58,806 nucleotides of DNA, filler included, from Dirinaria sp. TL-2023a (GCA_051941275.1; 8 parts of 8 records of this genome joined end to end with filler, not necessarily neighbours in it), one strand, 5' to 3'. Positions 1 through 12,300 are shown, numbered from the whole stretch's first letter. The notes: generated by a model from the letters alone, not told the origin. Numbers and translations are program-made.

Positions 1-1397
1 ACTTTAAGCAGCGGGCGGTTACGGCGGAACATGCCCGGATCCCGATTGGCCGATCCCATCTCACTCTTATAGACTTGCTGCATCTCGACTCTCGATCGAC
101 TTGCTAATCTTGCCGTCACTACTTTCCTTAGCCTGAAAAACATCCCCTGTTAGGCTGTTGAACACCCCACTAAGCCGAAGCGGCCGAGGAGAGCTACTTG
201 AGGCAAACGGTCAAACCGCCATTCCGTCGTTTCAGTCACTGCCTAAACTCTGCCACAGCCACACGGGAGTCCAGTAAAGCAAGAGCTAAGGTACCTTGGG
301 TAGTCGCGACTACCTTATGTACATCTACCTTGGGAGTGAGTAATCGGAAACGTTACGCTAAAGCAACGTGATCGTGGTCATTGGCACTGGGGATGCCGGT
401 ATGGACCCTGGAAGCCTCCGCCACACGGCTTTCGGAAGTGGTGGTCGTGGATGGTTGGATGAGAAAACTGTATCTCACACATGATCTATCCGAACCGCGG
501 ATCTACATAAGTCTGTGCACCTCGCCATAAATAAAGTACATGATTGTACATGATTTCCATCAGCCACACACGCACTCGCCCCCTCCGCCATTTCCTGGAC
601 CGGGTAAGCTTTCTAGATTGCATGCTGGAACAAGGATAGTTCCCGATCCTCTCTGTCGCTCGACACTCCAGTTGGCCAATGCAGCCGGGTCGACCAGCTC
701 CTACGGTCTTTATAACCCTGGGCCAAGTCGCCTTATTCACTTTTTGAATTACCCTAATGGCCAAGAGATGAACCAATAAGGCAACCATCGCGCTAATCGT
801 CTCGATCCGTACTCTTTCCGAGTGCTACCAGGATCAAAATCGAAGAAATACACGTCTCTTCTGATGGATAGCAGCGTATTTTGTCAAATCATGTTATTTC
901 CGATGAGTGCTACCGACCCTGATTCCAATGACTAGCCAGGCATTGAGGCCGATAATCGCAAGCTGCCGTGCCAGACAACCTGTTATTAACCAGTCCTTCC
1001 GGATTGCGGTCCGCCATGGTGCTCAGCTCTTATAGTCTAGCAATCCTCCAATAGCTCTGGAATGGTTTGTCCAAACCATGGCCGGCAGATCATCCGACAT
1101 GGATCTTTATTCGTCCAGAGGCATAGTACTCGAGTACTCTCTACTGCGGCTATCTTACATGAAGCAATGACAATATATGCCGTTCAGAAATACCGGTCTC
1201 GGTGATAACACTCCAACGTATACATTGTCAACGGCGGGAAACTAGATGGGAGCTGTTGTACCCATTTTTGGTCATACATAGACTGGAATAGAGATATCTC
1301 ATGTTAGCCGATAAAGCGGAGGAGCATGTACGATTTGCAAAAGATGAGATCGACTTATATTTATGAAGATTATGGCTTTCTATGGGCAGCAATCTTT

Positions 1398-2639
1398 TTA
1401 CAGCTCACTATGGTCAGATTTACCTGCGTGACTGATGGAGTTCCTTTTATCCTCCAATACCTCTGGACGGGCCGAAAAGTACCGAGCTACAAAAGCAGCA
1501 CCCACCGCTCCAACGTAAGGAGGATTGATACTATCGCGAATTTCGCTTTCTTGTCTAGGAAACGCTTCAATGAGAGCGGTGTGTATCTGTGCCACAGACG
1601 GCTGTGATACTTCACTACTCACAACGATCGCTCTTAAGAATTCAAAATGGCTAAGATGAGGGTCTTTTGGGATGAAAACAGAGGATTGTGCGAATTTCGC
1701 GAGGGCGTGGCGAATCTCAACAAAAGCGTTCTTCCCATCGTCCCACAACGACACACGTCTATGATGCTCAGGAAAAGCACCGTATTCCGTGATGGGAGCT
1801 ACCTTGAGCTCTAAAAAGTTTGATTGATAATCCACATAAACGATTTGGTGAGGCCCATCATCGATGTTACAGCCCTTCTGGGTCAAGCGAAATGCTTGGC
1901 AAGAATTGAGGCCGTAAGCTAAACGGGCTGCGTTCAGCCACCGAATGACCTGCCCTGGTTGATGGATTGGCAACCCAATTTCTTCGACTGCGTCGAAAAC
2001 GCTTCCGATTAATGTAACGTTGGAGTAATTTGGGATGCGTAGCACGTTGATGAGTATTTCTTCGCCAAGAGCACTCGAGGCTGCATATTGGACGCTGTGA
2101 AAGGCTTTAACCAAAATCTGCTTCGTTTGGTCTTTATCGTGCGCTTCTGGAGGTGCTGGATTCAGTGCGCCTTTTTCGTCTTCGATCATCCCCTTCCCCC
2201 CTGGCTGCCTGATCGGGGTTGCTGTCGGAAAGGAATATGGCACTAAACGCTGGCTATCACAGGACTTAAACTCACTTTCGCTTCCCTTCATTGGCAAGTA
2301 CGTTAGCCATGTATGATTGGCACGCAGGATTTCCGAGCACTCTGGCAACGAGGACTGGCTGAGATTTGTTGTGCTCGGTGAAGCGTGCTACCGTATTAAG
2401 GTTGCGCATTAGTTCCATATCTCGTAGGATTGTCTCTGGCTCCTACATATGTCGTTGCCCAGTTTCAATGCCCAGCGCTGTCATTCCGTCAAGTCAGCCT
2501 TATAATGTTATTTGTTATTACCCTCTTGTATTGGAATAACTCACGGAAATTTCCGTGCGGTATTCTGATCTCGTTGGCTTGCGGTGGCCAAAGGGCACAT
2601 AGATCCAATCCAGATGCACGTGTGCAGTGATAGCATCAT
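1398..2639 (-). CDS. Divergent Hsp70/actin-fold NBD-only protein, possibly secreted or ER-resident (multi-exon; 5' splicing unresolved)
   Basis: The last exon (within ORF 1398-2348) carries degenerate Hsp70 motifs in order: NAARLAYGL (cf. TAAALAYGL), IVYVDY (phosphate-2 position), AIVVSSE (cf. IVLVGGS), SINPPYVGAVGAA (cf. INPDEAVAYGAA). The protein ends in HSEL. Upstream segments read LGIETGQRH (phosphate-1-like) and a hydrophobic MMLSLHTCIWIGSMCPLATA from ATG 2639. I could not join all of these in frame. Confidence 0.55.
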
Positions 2640-3269
2640 CGACCAACAGAAGGACTGCATCCTATCTCAGGAAAACCTGATATGAATTATGGAGAAAGAA
2701 AACAAAGGGGTCATGTCTCGTGGACGAATTCATGTACAACTCGATTCCTACCTTATGACATTTTCAGACCGCAAAGTGTCATAGGATGCGCCGAGCTTTG
2801 CCTTTCATTAACATGCGGCGAGGCGGCTGACAGCGTTTCAGAAACGACAACATGATATTGGATGGCGGTGGCTTGGTTGCTGCTCCTTATCTCCATTCTT
2901 CTTTGACGCTCCTTAATACTCGCAACTGCCTATCAGATCAGCGAGGCCACAATGATAAGAACACAGCGCCTGGTGTCTCCTGAATCATTGCATTGATCTG
3001 ACATGATTGGCGCATCTTTAAGCGCTGCACGGCGAGGGCGTGCGGCGTAGTGCTGATAGTTTGATTCCTTCTAGAAATTCTAAAATGGCTTGATGCGGTG
3101 GAAGGAAATGATGCGTATGTGCCGCCTGCATTCTCGGGTGGCCATGTTCTATATGCCTGAACTACTCCCACAGGATTTCAAACTATGTGTACGGCATGCA
3201 TCGTTTCCCAGCCCTTTTACCTTTTTCTAGGGTCCAATCAAGGACAAACTTGGTGCACGCATTAACACA

Positions 3270-4653
3270 ATGCCTCTCATGAATCTAGCTGCTTTCCATG
3301 CGCTCCTTGCTTTGTCATTGACTTTCGCCCTTGTGAAACCGCTGTCCATGGAAGAACCCCTATCAGGTAGAGAGAACCTTGAATCAATCAGACAGCAATG
3401 GAGAGGCATCTATTGGGACGCTGCGAAGATAAAATGCGAACCAGCTGACTTCGAAATCCTTGCTGAAGCAACGCGCATGGCGGTTGTGATAACTAATTAC
3501 CAGACCGACATGGCCAATGAGCCCTTTTATAACACTCCATGGCATCGCTTCTTTGTTGATGACAATGCGTTCAGTAATTCAGGTGTGAAAGGCACTTGGC
3601 ATGGCGTAAGTCTTTCGAGCATTCATCGTACCGTCATACTGAAGTCATATTAGACTGGGAAAAGCCTACATATTTTCTCAGGCATGATGAGTGAGTCTGA
3701 CTAGCATCATGTGACCCAACGTTCTTTGCTGCTGATAGCAATGCAGATGTCTTCGAGCAAGTGAAGCCGTTTCCGATATGGGGTAAAAAGAACAGGATGG
3801 GTCAATGGGTCTGCGAAAGACAAATGTCCTACAGGTGCAAGGAGCATGGTCTTTTCAGCAAATGAGCCCACTCACCAAATATGTACGACCGATGGAGCGG
3901 ACCAACAACACATACTACAGAACCGTCGCTTGCCCATGATCAAGGCTGGACATTTACATTTTGCCCGAAGTTCTTCTCTGATGGACGATACAGATATATC
4001 AACCGCATAACCGGTGGTCCTAAACTTGGTCCCTCGGCAATTTCCAACGCCAATAATTACGAAGGAGTTATTATACACGAGTGAGTTCACAATGATATTA
4101 GCACAGGTTTCTATGACCACATCGTCGACGTAAGCGGAGACTGGCAATGTAGCCCAAAGAGCGTACAAAAATTCTATTGGAATACCGCAATCTATGGGCG
4201 TGCAAATGGACTGATATCGGATCCAAATACGTGAACACCAAGACGGCGTGGAATGCTGACAGTTACGCCTAGTTCTACATCTATAATTGGCTCAACCGAT
4301 ACTGGCGCTGGGCCACCGACGGCGCTCAGCCGATCAAGCGCTCCCTGCTTCCTGAACGACAGATCGTCCCTGCCAAGGTTGCAGTGGATGATAAAAACAC
4401 GGTAACGAACGAAAATGACATTAACGCCTCCAACGCTCCTCATTCTACAAAATGCGGTGACCCAGGCCGGCCTTGGACAGATGTTCTCCAGCTGTTTGAG
4501 TGTAGCCGCATGGGCGAAGGTTACAATACATACATTAGCGATATGGCAAAAGAATTTTATGAAAGGATGTGTGGAGATAGTCTTGCGTGTCCTCCTTGGG
4601 TATGGCGTAGGTGCCTTCAGGAGGGAAACCTTGATTATGTTCACGGGTTTTAG
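3270..4653 (+). pseudogene. Secreted M35/deuterolysin-like (aspzincin) zinc metalloprotease pseudogene
   Basis: Signal peptide at 3270 and GT-AG introns from ~3606. Motifs FCPKFF, IIHE*VH (HExxH at 4076-4090, TGA at 4082-4084), AIYG and NADSYA* (4252-4272, TAG). There is another in-frame TGA at 3863-3865 and a frameshift between the HExxH and NADSY blocks. Confidence 0.75.
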
Positions 4654-5312
4654 CTACACATTTGCTCCTACGTCACCCACGCCGCCGACAACTATCGATA
4701 GAGATCAGATTCGTCCAATAACAAATACATGCGTACTACTCTTCTATTCCTAATGTAATTCTCCACAACGAAAGTACGTCTGTTGTTTCCTAACGCGGAT
4801 TTTCGTTGTTATTTTTTTTATCATAGACTTCCTATCATCCATACCGTCCTTGAAACTCGATTCAACTGCTGATTTAATTTAGAAAGCGAGTGACAGAAGA
4901 AACCTTTGTATACAGACTTGACAATTTTACGTGCATGTAACTATTCTGAAATGTGGTACTCGTCGAGAGATGTATTTTTTACCCGAATCGGTTTAGCGCT
5001 TCTTCCCGAGGCGTCCTTTCCGATTTTTTTTCCCTTTCATGATTTAACTCGCTGGACGGGTGTGATCTTTTGATATGCCAAGGCCCAAAAGACACGTTCT
5101 ACTCTCTTGGACGCAACTACAAGACAAACGCTAAAACTCCAGCTTACCTATCTTCAATAGCGTGATCAGCGCTAGCGATAAGACGGGGCTGACAGCTGTT
5201 CCTAAAGTAGGTGCCGAAGGACTTTAGGAAGCACAGGGTGCGCACTTGGATAAAGTAGCCACTTCTGTTTACTAAGTAGCCATTGGCCAATCGGCTTACG
5301 TACGGAAACAAT

Positions 5313-6317
5313 CTTTGGGTCTGATCTCGCGGGAGATCTTCAAATAGTGGCGCTGATCGCACTCCTCGCGTTTGCCTCCATGGGTATTAAACCGTAGGTA
5401 TTGGATTGCTCGACCCCGGAGAACCCCATGCATAACCCAAAGCGTCCAAGTTCGCGATAAGAGCTGCTGATACTGGATCTACGAAACTGAGTGCGAATAT
5501 GGAATCGGTTGCCGGCGGTTCGCACACTCTCAGTTCCGGTAACGCTTCAATCCCAATTGTTCGACGAGTACACTAATGATTCCTCATCTCTTTGGATTTC
5601 GAGAAATCTCAAACTATTGAGCGGACGCACCGACTGCGCTTTGACATCTGATGGCGCACGCATGGACTAGGACTCTTTCAGTTCCTTTCTCTCTACAGAG
5701 ACTTTGAGAAGGGCACTAGCTGATAGTGCCCGCCTCATTTCCATTAATCCCAAAGTCTATTAGTAAGGGCCCTTTGGCCTGCACCACCTGGTATTCTCTG
5801 ATACGTACATTAGCTTGCATGACCAGATATGAATACTTCGAGGATCGAGTGTCATCAACAATCAGCGTACTTTACAAATTAGAAAATACAGGGAATTTCA
5901 TGCGCTGGAACCTCGTTCTACTATTTGAAACTATCCTCTTGCAACTAGTCATCGGCATGACTCAGAATCAGCGATAAACAGATACAGGGAAATTTTCGAG
6001 ACGATTGATTTATATGAGTTTTCCGATTTCAAAATCGCCAACTTCGTAAAAGTTGGACGACGTAAAATTAGACAAGAGGTCGCAGCACTCGGGGTGCGAG
6101 AACAAAGAGCACAAAAAGAGACCTTCTCACTTCATTGACAAATTGTGTAGGGTCAAGATCATGCACAGCGTCCCCAGTAGATTTGAAAAGAAAAAGTTGC
6201 GAGCAAGGTCCAGATCACTAGTCAGCCTCTCTAGCTCAGGATCTTTGGGTCCGATCTCCCGAGAGATCTCCGTTTAGTAGCGCTGATCGCGCTGATCGCG
6301 CTCCTGGCGTTTGCCTC
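5313..6317. repeat. Two diverged ~65-75 bp direct repeats within degraded, unidentified coding-like sequence
   Basis: ctttgggtctgatctcgcgggagatct...gcgctgatcgcactcctcgcgtttgcctc (~5313-5377) vs ctttgggtccgatctcccgagagatct...gcgctgatcgcgctcctggcgtttgcctc (~6243-6317). Confidence 0.6.
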
Positions 6318-7284
6318 GGTATCTCATGATGATCGATTTTACCTACTCAGGTGAATTTGGGGATAATCGATCTAAAAAGATCATGATGAGAATTTCCAAG
6401 TCCCTGATACCGGGTCCGAACTTACTTGCTGCTTGCAGTTCTCGGATCCAAGGATGCTTGTCATCAACATCAATTCCTAAGGGAGGAAATGATCTTCGAT
6501 CTGCCTTTCTAACACCTTACAACAGATAACACGGAGCAACTACTCTACGTCGTACACTAGCGACTGTGCTTGCTCATCAAAGATTGAAGCTATGCGAAAC
6601 TCAATAGCACAGACCGCTATCTCTATACGTTTTCCTTCCCTCGTCGCTTTCTAACAGTGTGCTCTCGATTTTCCCCAAGTTTTGAAATCTTATTTCGCTT
6701 CCTACCATGGAAAAATTCATCTCACGACAAATACCACTGTAGAGAGTGATGGTTTAAACCCGAGCCCGTCGGTGGCATTTATCAGGACATAATAGACGGC
6801 TAGGCGTTTGACATATTCTCTCTATTCCAGCTTTCCTTTTTGAAGACGCAAGGCTCAAGAACACCACTCAAAAAGCGCTCTCTCTCGTATCGTACATAGG
6901 TGTATAGTAGGCATCATGCCCACCTAGCATCCCTTAGCAAAAGGAAGCCCCGGACACCGCCACCTCCCCCATTATTTGAATACCACGTATTCGGCAGGCC
7001 CAACAGACTTGTATGTTACCAAAACCGTACAGGTTCTGCTCTGATAATAGCGTTGGAAAAACCGCATAAAAATTCATCTTTCTGCTTCTTCCCCTTCCTT
7101 TTGGCCCCTCCTCCTTCCACCCCAACTTAACCTATTAGTAGCAAATCCAAGACACTTTAACGTACAATACGTTCTGTCCTAGCAAAACCCGAGATTCGAT
7201 AGCTTTTTTAATCTTTTCGCTCTCAGAGGAAGGAGAGATATGAAGCGCGGTTTATGGGAGGGGTTGGGAGAAGGGGAGGGAAGG

Positions 7285-7384
7285 NNNNNNNNNNNNNNNN
7301 NNNNNNNNNNNNNNNNNNNNNNNNNNNNTTAATTAATTAANNNNNNNNNNNNNNNNNNNNNNNNNNNNNNNNNNNNNNNNNNNN
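7285..7384. other. Artificial contig spacer (44N-TTAATTAATTAA-44N); identical spacers at 14666-14765, 22039-22138, 29411-29510, 36763-36862, 44114-44213, 51464-51563
   Basis: Seven identical 100-bp spacers whose palindromic core puts TAA in all six frames. The intervening contigs decrease monotonically in length. Confidence 0.98.
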
Positions 7385-7644
7385 CTCGAAATTTTCGAAA
7401 CGAAAGCACGAACTGATTCACTTCTCGAGAACTCTCAAAAGATTCAATATGAGCGTCAGCATCAAATTAAATGAAAACGAGATGAAAATCAAGTTCGACA
7501 TCAGAGTGTTTGAAGTGCAGCTGAACTCAAAACTGCGATGAAGATCACATCTGCGTGAGATTGAGACGAAACTCGTCGTGAGATACAAAGTCACACAGAT
7601 AATTATCGACTTCACATGAGGTTCGACAATGGCAGCAAGCAAGC
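7385..7644 (+). mobile_element. Hypermutated Tad1-like LINE fragment (RT C-terminal region)
   Basis: Translates as KHELIHFSRTLKRFNMSVSIKL...DIRVFEVQLNSKLR*RSHLREIE...FT*GS, matching the fungal LINE pattern KYELIHF...IRVLGVQLDSKLRWGPH...STWG with Gly/Trp/Pro mutated. Confidence 0.8.
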
Positions 7645-7940
7645 TGTCATGATACTTTGACCCTTACGGCCTAGTGACTTATTACGTGAGATGGGTGGAA
7701 GCTTTCCCAAGGTTCTCTGGGGTCAGTAGAACCCAAGCGGATACTCGAAAACTTCTAGATGGTTTGATGTCATCGCTCTATAAGCGCTGCGTAGGCTTCA
7801 GTACAATATATCCGCAATACTGCCAAGTGATTGCGAGGTCGTATAGAATAAAGAGGCCATTCCCATCCCGAGGACTTGAGTTCCTCAGTAATTAGTCTTG
7901 ATAATCATAGACTTCTTGTTTCTCATACTGTTGCACATTG
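7645..7940 (+). repeat. Putative 5' LTR (3' boundary uncertain)
   Basis: Begins with TG at the LINE junction and contains TATAAG (~7780) and AATAAA (~7847). A candidate ...CA end lies near 7937. There is no second copy to confirm the boundaries. Confidence 0.45.
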
Positions 7941-8038
7941 CCACATAACCTAGCTAGTACTTGATTTCCATAAGGAACTTCTTACTAGCATAACAATTCT
8001 AATTACTCTCCTCCTAAGGGTGGTGATCCGTATACAGT

Positions 8039-9361
8039 ATGGTAGAAACAACCCGACAAGGACGTGTCGCGTCGCGGTCTGCAAGTGTGCGTGATTTGAG
8101 CGAGCAGCTAGGCGAGAATCAGCAACATGAAGATGTTCTAGGCGAGGTGATAAATACATCGCATGAAGATGCACCACCCCGCGACCCTGCCTCTAATGGT
8201 CGATCCCCTGCCACCTTGACGGCTTTGGACGCACAATTGGCACAAGTCATACGCGAACGCGATGAGCTTCGGACGAAGAAGATGGAACTTCAAAGGATCC
8301 AGGTAGAAATTAAATCTCTAAAACAAGCCGCGACAAATCTGCAAGCCGCTGTTGACACGACGTCGGGCCGAGGTGAAGGCGACGACGTTGAGGTCGTCCC
8401 CGAATCCGAAGTTGGGGCGAGAATTGCCCGAGGGATAAAACGTACCCACGATGATGCTTATGTGACCACGGCCCGATGTATAAAACCAAAGGATTTGGAA
8501 TTGTACAAGGGCAAGAGCATCAAGGAATTTACGAATTGGGCCGACAGCGCAGAGACTGCGTTTCGTTTATCCCCTGCTTATTTTCCCACCAGGCAAGATA
8601 AGGTGTTGTGGACCATGCAGTTTTTGGATGGCGAACCTCGTGATCTTTGGTATCGCTATGAAAAAGAACACTCCGATGCGTTAGATAGCTGGGAGTTCTT
8701 TAAAACCTTTCTTTTAAATCTGGTTGAGGACCCTGTCAACCGAAATTTGCATTATATACAATCGTATAATGATGCAAAGCAGGGTGCTAATCAAACCGCT
8801 CAGAGCTTCGATTCTTATTTGAAAGGATTAGAAGCACATATCCCGGAACCGACCCAGGAACAGTTGTGTTCGAATTACTTTGCGAAATTGCGACCGGAAT
8901 TAAGGACCAGTATTGGGAATTATGAAGTAATTCCTGATACTCGAGCAAGGATGGTCGCTTTGGCCGCCCGGCTAGAACGGAATAATCATCCTAAGATTGG
9001 AACGTCGTTCAATCGCAAGGAGAGAGACGACTCCTCACGAGGTTCTAACCAGGGCCAGTCAAAATTTAGGTCGTCCGGCAAAGGCAAAGAAAAGAGGGGT
9101 CAGGGTTCTGAGAATGGTTCTGGCGGGAGACAGTCGAATAAGTGGCAAAAGACCACTTCTTCCGATTTCAGGGGCTCGGGTGCTAGTCGGCATTCCAATG
9201 TGGAATGTTACGAATGCCATAAGAGAGGGCATATAGCACCTAATTGCCCGGAGAGAAAAAATCCCAACAAAACACCTGTGGGTTCCGTGGAAACGACAAA
9301 AAACGACAAGGCCGTGTCGAAGAGTCGCCGACGAAACGACGGCCCGAAGTCGACTCGATGA
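8039..9361 (+). CDS. gag: Retrotransposon Gag (capsid-like domain plus CCHC zinc knuckle)
   Basis: 440-aa ORF with a coiled-coil N-terminus, a retrotransposon-gag-like core (QDKVLWTMQFLDGEPRDLW) and CYECHKRGHIAPNC. Confidence 0.92.
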   Translation: MVETTRQGRVASRSASVRDLSEQLGENQQHEDVLGEVINTSHEDAPPRDPASNGRSPATLTALDAQLAQVIRERDELRTKKMELQRIQVEIKSLKQAATNLQAAVDTTSGRGEGDDVEVVPESEVGARIARGIKRTHDDAYVTTARCIKPKDLELYKGKSIKEFTNWADSAETAFRLSPAYFPTRQDKVLWTMQFLDGEPRDLWYRYEKEHSDALDSWEFFKTFLLNLVEDPVNRNLHYIQSYNDAKQGANQTAQSFDSYLKGLEAHIPEPTQEQLCSNYFAKLRPELRTSIGNYEVIPDTRARMVALAARLERNNHPKIGTSFNRKERDDSSRGSNQGQSKFRSSGKGKEKRGQGSENGSGGRQSNKWQKTTSSDFRGSGASRHSNVECYECHKRGHIAPNCPERKNPNKTPVGSVETTKNDKAVSKSRRRNDGPKSTR

Positions 9362-12300
9362 AAGCTCCGACCCAAACGGGTGAAGTGCTTCTGAAGGAAG
9401 ATGTTATCTTCACTGAAGTTACTTTTGATACAGGAGCTGAAATCAACGTTGTAAGCCAGCATTTCGCTTTGGAGCATAATCTGACGGAGGTGAACGTTGA
9501 ACTTCCCCAACCAAAATGGATGGATGGCGACAATACGCATTGTTATGGCGCCTATTCGGTTCATTATCGGCTCACCGATGACTGGGGAGTGACTCGTGAT
9601 AGTGAGAGAATTTTCTATGCACTAAACAAGGAGGGTCCTCCATTAGTATTAGGAAGACCAGGTCTTCATGCAGAAGGCATCAAAATTGATAATGGAAACC
9701 TTGTTTGGCGTTTTGGTATTAATCGAAACGCTTTTGAAGTCCAGACCCCGGAGCAATTTGCAATGTCATTGCAAGCGCAGGATTATGTTTATGCCCTTCT
9801 AATTGTTGATGTGGCCCAGGAGAAACCCCGTGTTGGTGCTGTTCGAAATGATAGCGAAAGCGCAACGTCTGCTCTCAGTACAGTGTTATCCGACTTTGCG
9901 GATGTATTCTCGGAGCAGGAGGCTGGAAGATTACCCGAACACAAGGCTACTGATCATGCCATTGAAACTGAGGGTCCTCCGCCTCATGGTCCTCTCTACA
10001 ATCTGTCGACCAACGAGTTGGCAGCGCTGAGAAGCTATTTAGACGACGGGTTGGCGAAAGGATGGATTCGACACTCTACAAGTCCAGCTGGGGCTCCAAT
10101 CCTCTTTGTGCCTAAGAAGGATGGTGGATTGCGCCTATGCGTGGACTATAGAGGTTTAAATAAAGTCACCATCAAAAATCGTCACCCTCTTCCTTTGATC
10201 ACTGAAACTCTGGATCGCCTCTGCGGGTCTAAATGTTTTTCTAAGATTGACCTCAGAGATGCTTACCATCGAATTCGAATTAGGAGAGGCGACGAGTGGA
10301 AAACGGCTTTTCGTACACGTTACGGTCACTTTGAGTATTTGGTTATGCCATTTGGTTTGGCCAATGCCCCGGCAACCTTTCAATCCTATATCAATAAGGC
10401 TTTAGCCGGGCTAGTGGATCGTTTCTGTGTTGTATATCTGGATGATATTCTTATATTTTCTGAATCCCGCGAGCAGAACGTTCTGCACGTTCGTGAGATC
10501 CTGTCCAGATTGCGTCAATTCCAACTCTTCGCGAAACTTTCAAAATGTCAGTTTTTCACTACTAAAGTTGAATTTCTTGGATTTATTATTTCAATCGATG
10601 GTATAGCGATGGATCCGAGTCGGGTAACAATGATCAAGGAGTGGCCCGTCCCTAAAAGCTTTAGAGATGTCCAAGTTTTCCTAGGCTTTGCAAATTTTTA
10701 TCGAAGGTTCATACATGAATACAGCCGTATTGCTTCTCCCTTAACAGGATTACTTCAAGGTAGTCAGAGTGGAGTTAAGCATGAACCATTCGAATGGCCA
10801 GTCGAGGCAGAACGAGCGTTCATACACTTGCGCGACGCCTTTACGACAGCCCCTATCCTTCTCCACTTCGACCCTAATTTAAAGAGCCGTATGGAGACGG
10901 ATTCTTCTAATTTTGCTCTTGCTGGAATTCTTTCTCAATTGCAGGAATCCGGCAGATGGCATCCTATTGCCTTTTGGTCTCGGAAAATGACGCCCGCAGA
11001 GCGTAGATACGAGACCTATGATCAAGAATTATTAGCCATCGTCATGGCTTTTAAACAATGGAGACATTACGTCGAGGGTAGTGTTTTTCCAGTTGAGGTC
11101 TTAACAGATCATAATAATCTTCGCGGATTTATGAATGTTAAAGAACTGAACCCTCGACAAGCCCGTTGGGCAATGAAGTTGGCGTCTTATGACTTTGTTA
11201 TACAGCATCGATCGAGGAAAACCAATTCTGCAGATGCGCCGTCTAGGCGATCGGACTATGAAGAGTCCAAGGCAGAGATGAAACCTCTGCTGCCAACTTT
11301 ACAGAGCAAGCTCTCTATGCTAGGGATGCTGCTAGAGAAGGGGACGCCCTTGCTGCGGAAGGCATGCTTGAATGCATCTCCGCAATTGAGACTTGGGAAA
11401 TCTCAATCAAGAGCCGCAACTCTTGAAAGTAGTAGCAGTGAAATGCCTACTTATACCCACTGCGGCAGCGTGTTGCTAAGTAAGTCCGCTGGAACTATTG
11501 GTTGCAAACAATTCGTTCCACGCGTTGTAGTTGCAGAGTTAACTACACGCGAAACGGTATATGACCCTACGTCAAACTCAATTGTTGAAGTGATTAAGGC
11601 GCTGCAACAAGACGATTCTCTTGTCCAGCGCTATAAAAATCCCAACAGTCGACAAAGACGAAGTGGCCACACCGGAAAGGCGCAAGGTTGGCGCTTTGAC
11701 AGCGATGATGTCTTGCGACATAAGGAAGCTGTCTATGTCCCAAACGAGTCTTCTATTAGAGAAGAACTCCTAAAGAGGTATCATGATGATCCTCTGGCGG
11801 GGCATTTTGGGGTGCAGAAGACTTACGAGTTACTTGGTCGTAAATTCTTCTGGCACGGTATGATTAATGATGTTAAGGCATATGTAAATACGTGTGACAT
11901 ATGCCAGCACATTAAGGTCCCTCGGCATAAACCTTATGGCGAATTAACATCATTACCGCAACCCAAAGGTCCATGGCAGGAAATCACGATGGATTTCATC
12001 ACCGGCTTACCGCCAAGTAAGCACCATGGACAAATTTATGATGCGTGTCTTGTGGTCGTGGACAGATATACGAAAATGTCAATGTATATCCCCACAACAA
12101 AGAAGGTCACTGCAGTACAACTAGCGGAAATCTTTTGGGAGAAAATTATTCCTCGTTATGGAACTCCCAAAGGTATTGTTTCAGACCGTGGCTCTGTATT
12201 TACGAGTGCGTTTTGGTCAGAAATATGCTATTATTCGAATATTAAACGCCGACTCAGCACTGCTTTTCATCCTCAAACGGACGGTCAAACCGAGCGGCAA

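Noticed and set aside
4082..4084. In-frame TGA at Trp positions (also 30595-30597) as a variant genetic code or readthrough
   Set aside because: Intact genes here use TGG for Trp and TGA as stop, and the protease locus also has a TAG and a frameshift. Mutation explains it better.
7329..7340. TTAATTAATTAA recurring about every 7.35 kb as a biological periodic repeat or CRISPR-like array
   Set aside because: It is always embedded in 44-N flanks; an assembly linker with six-frame stops.
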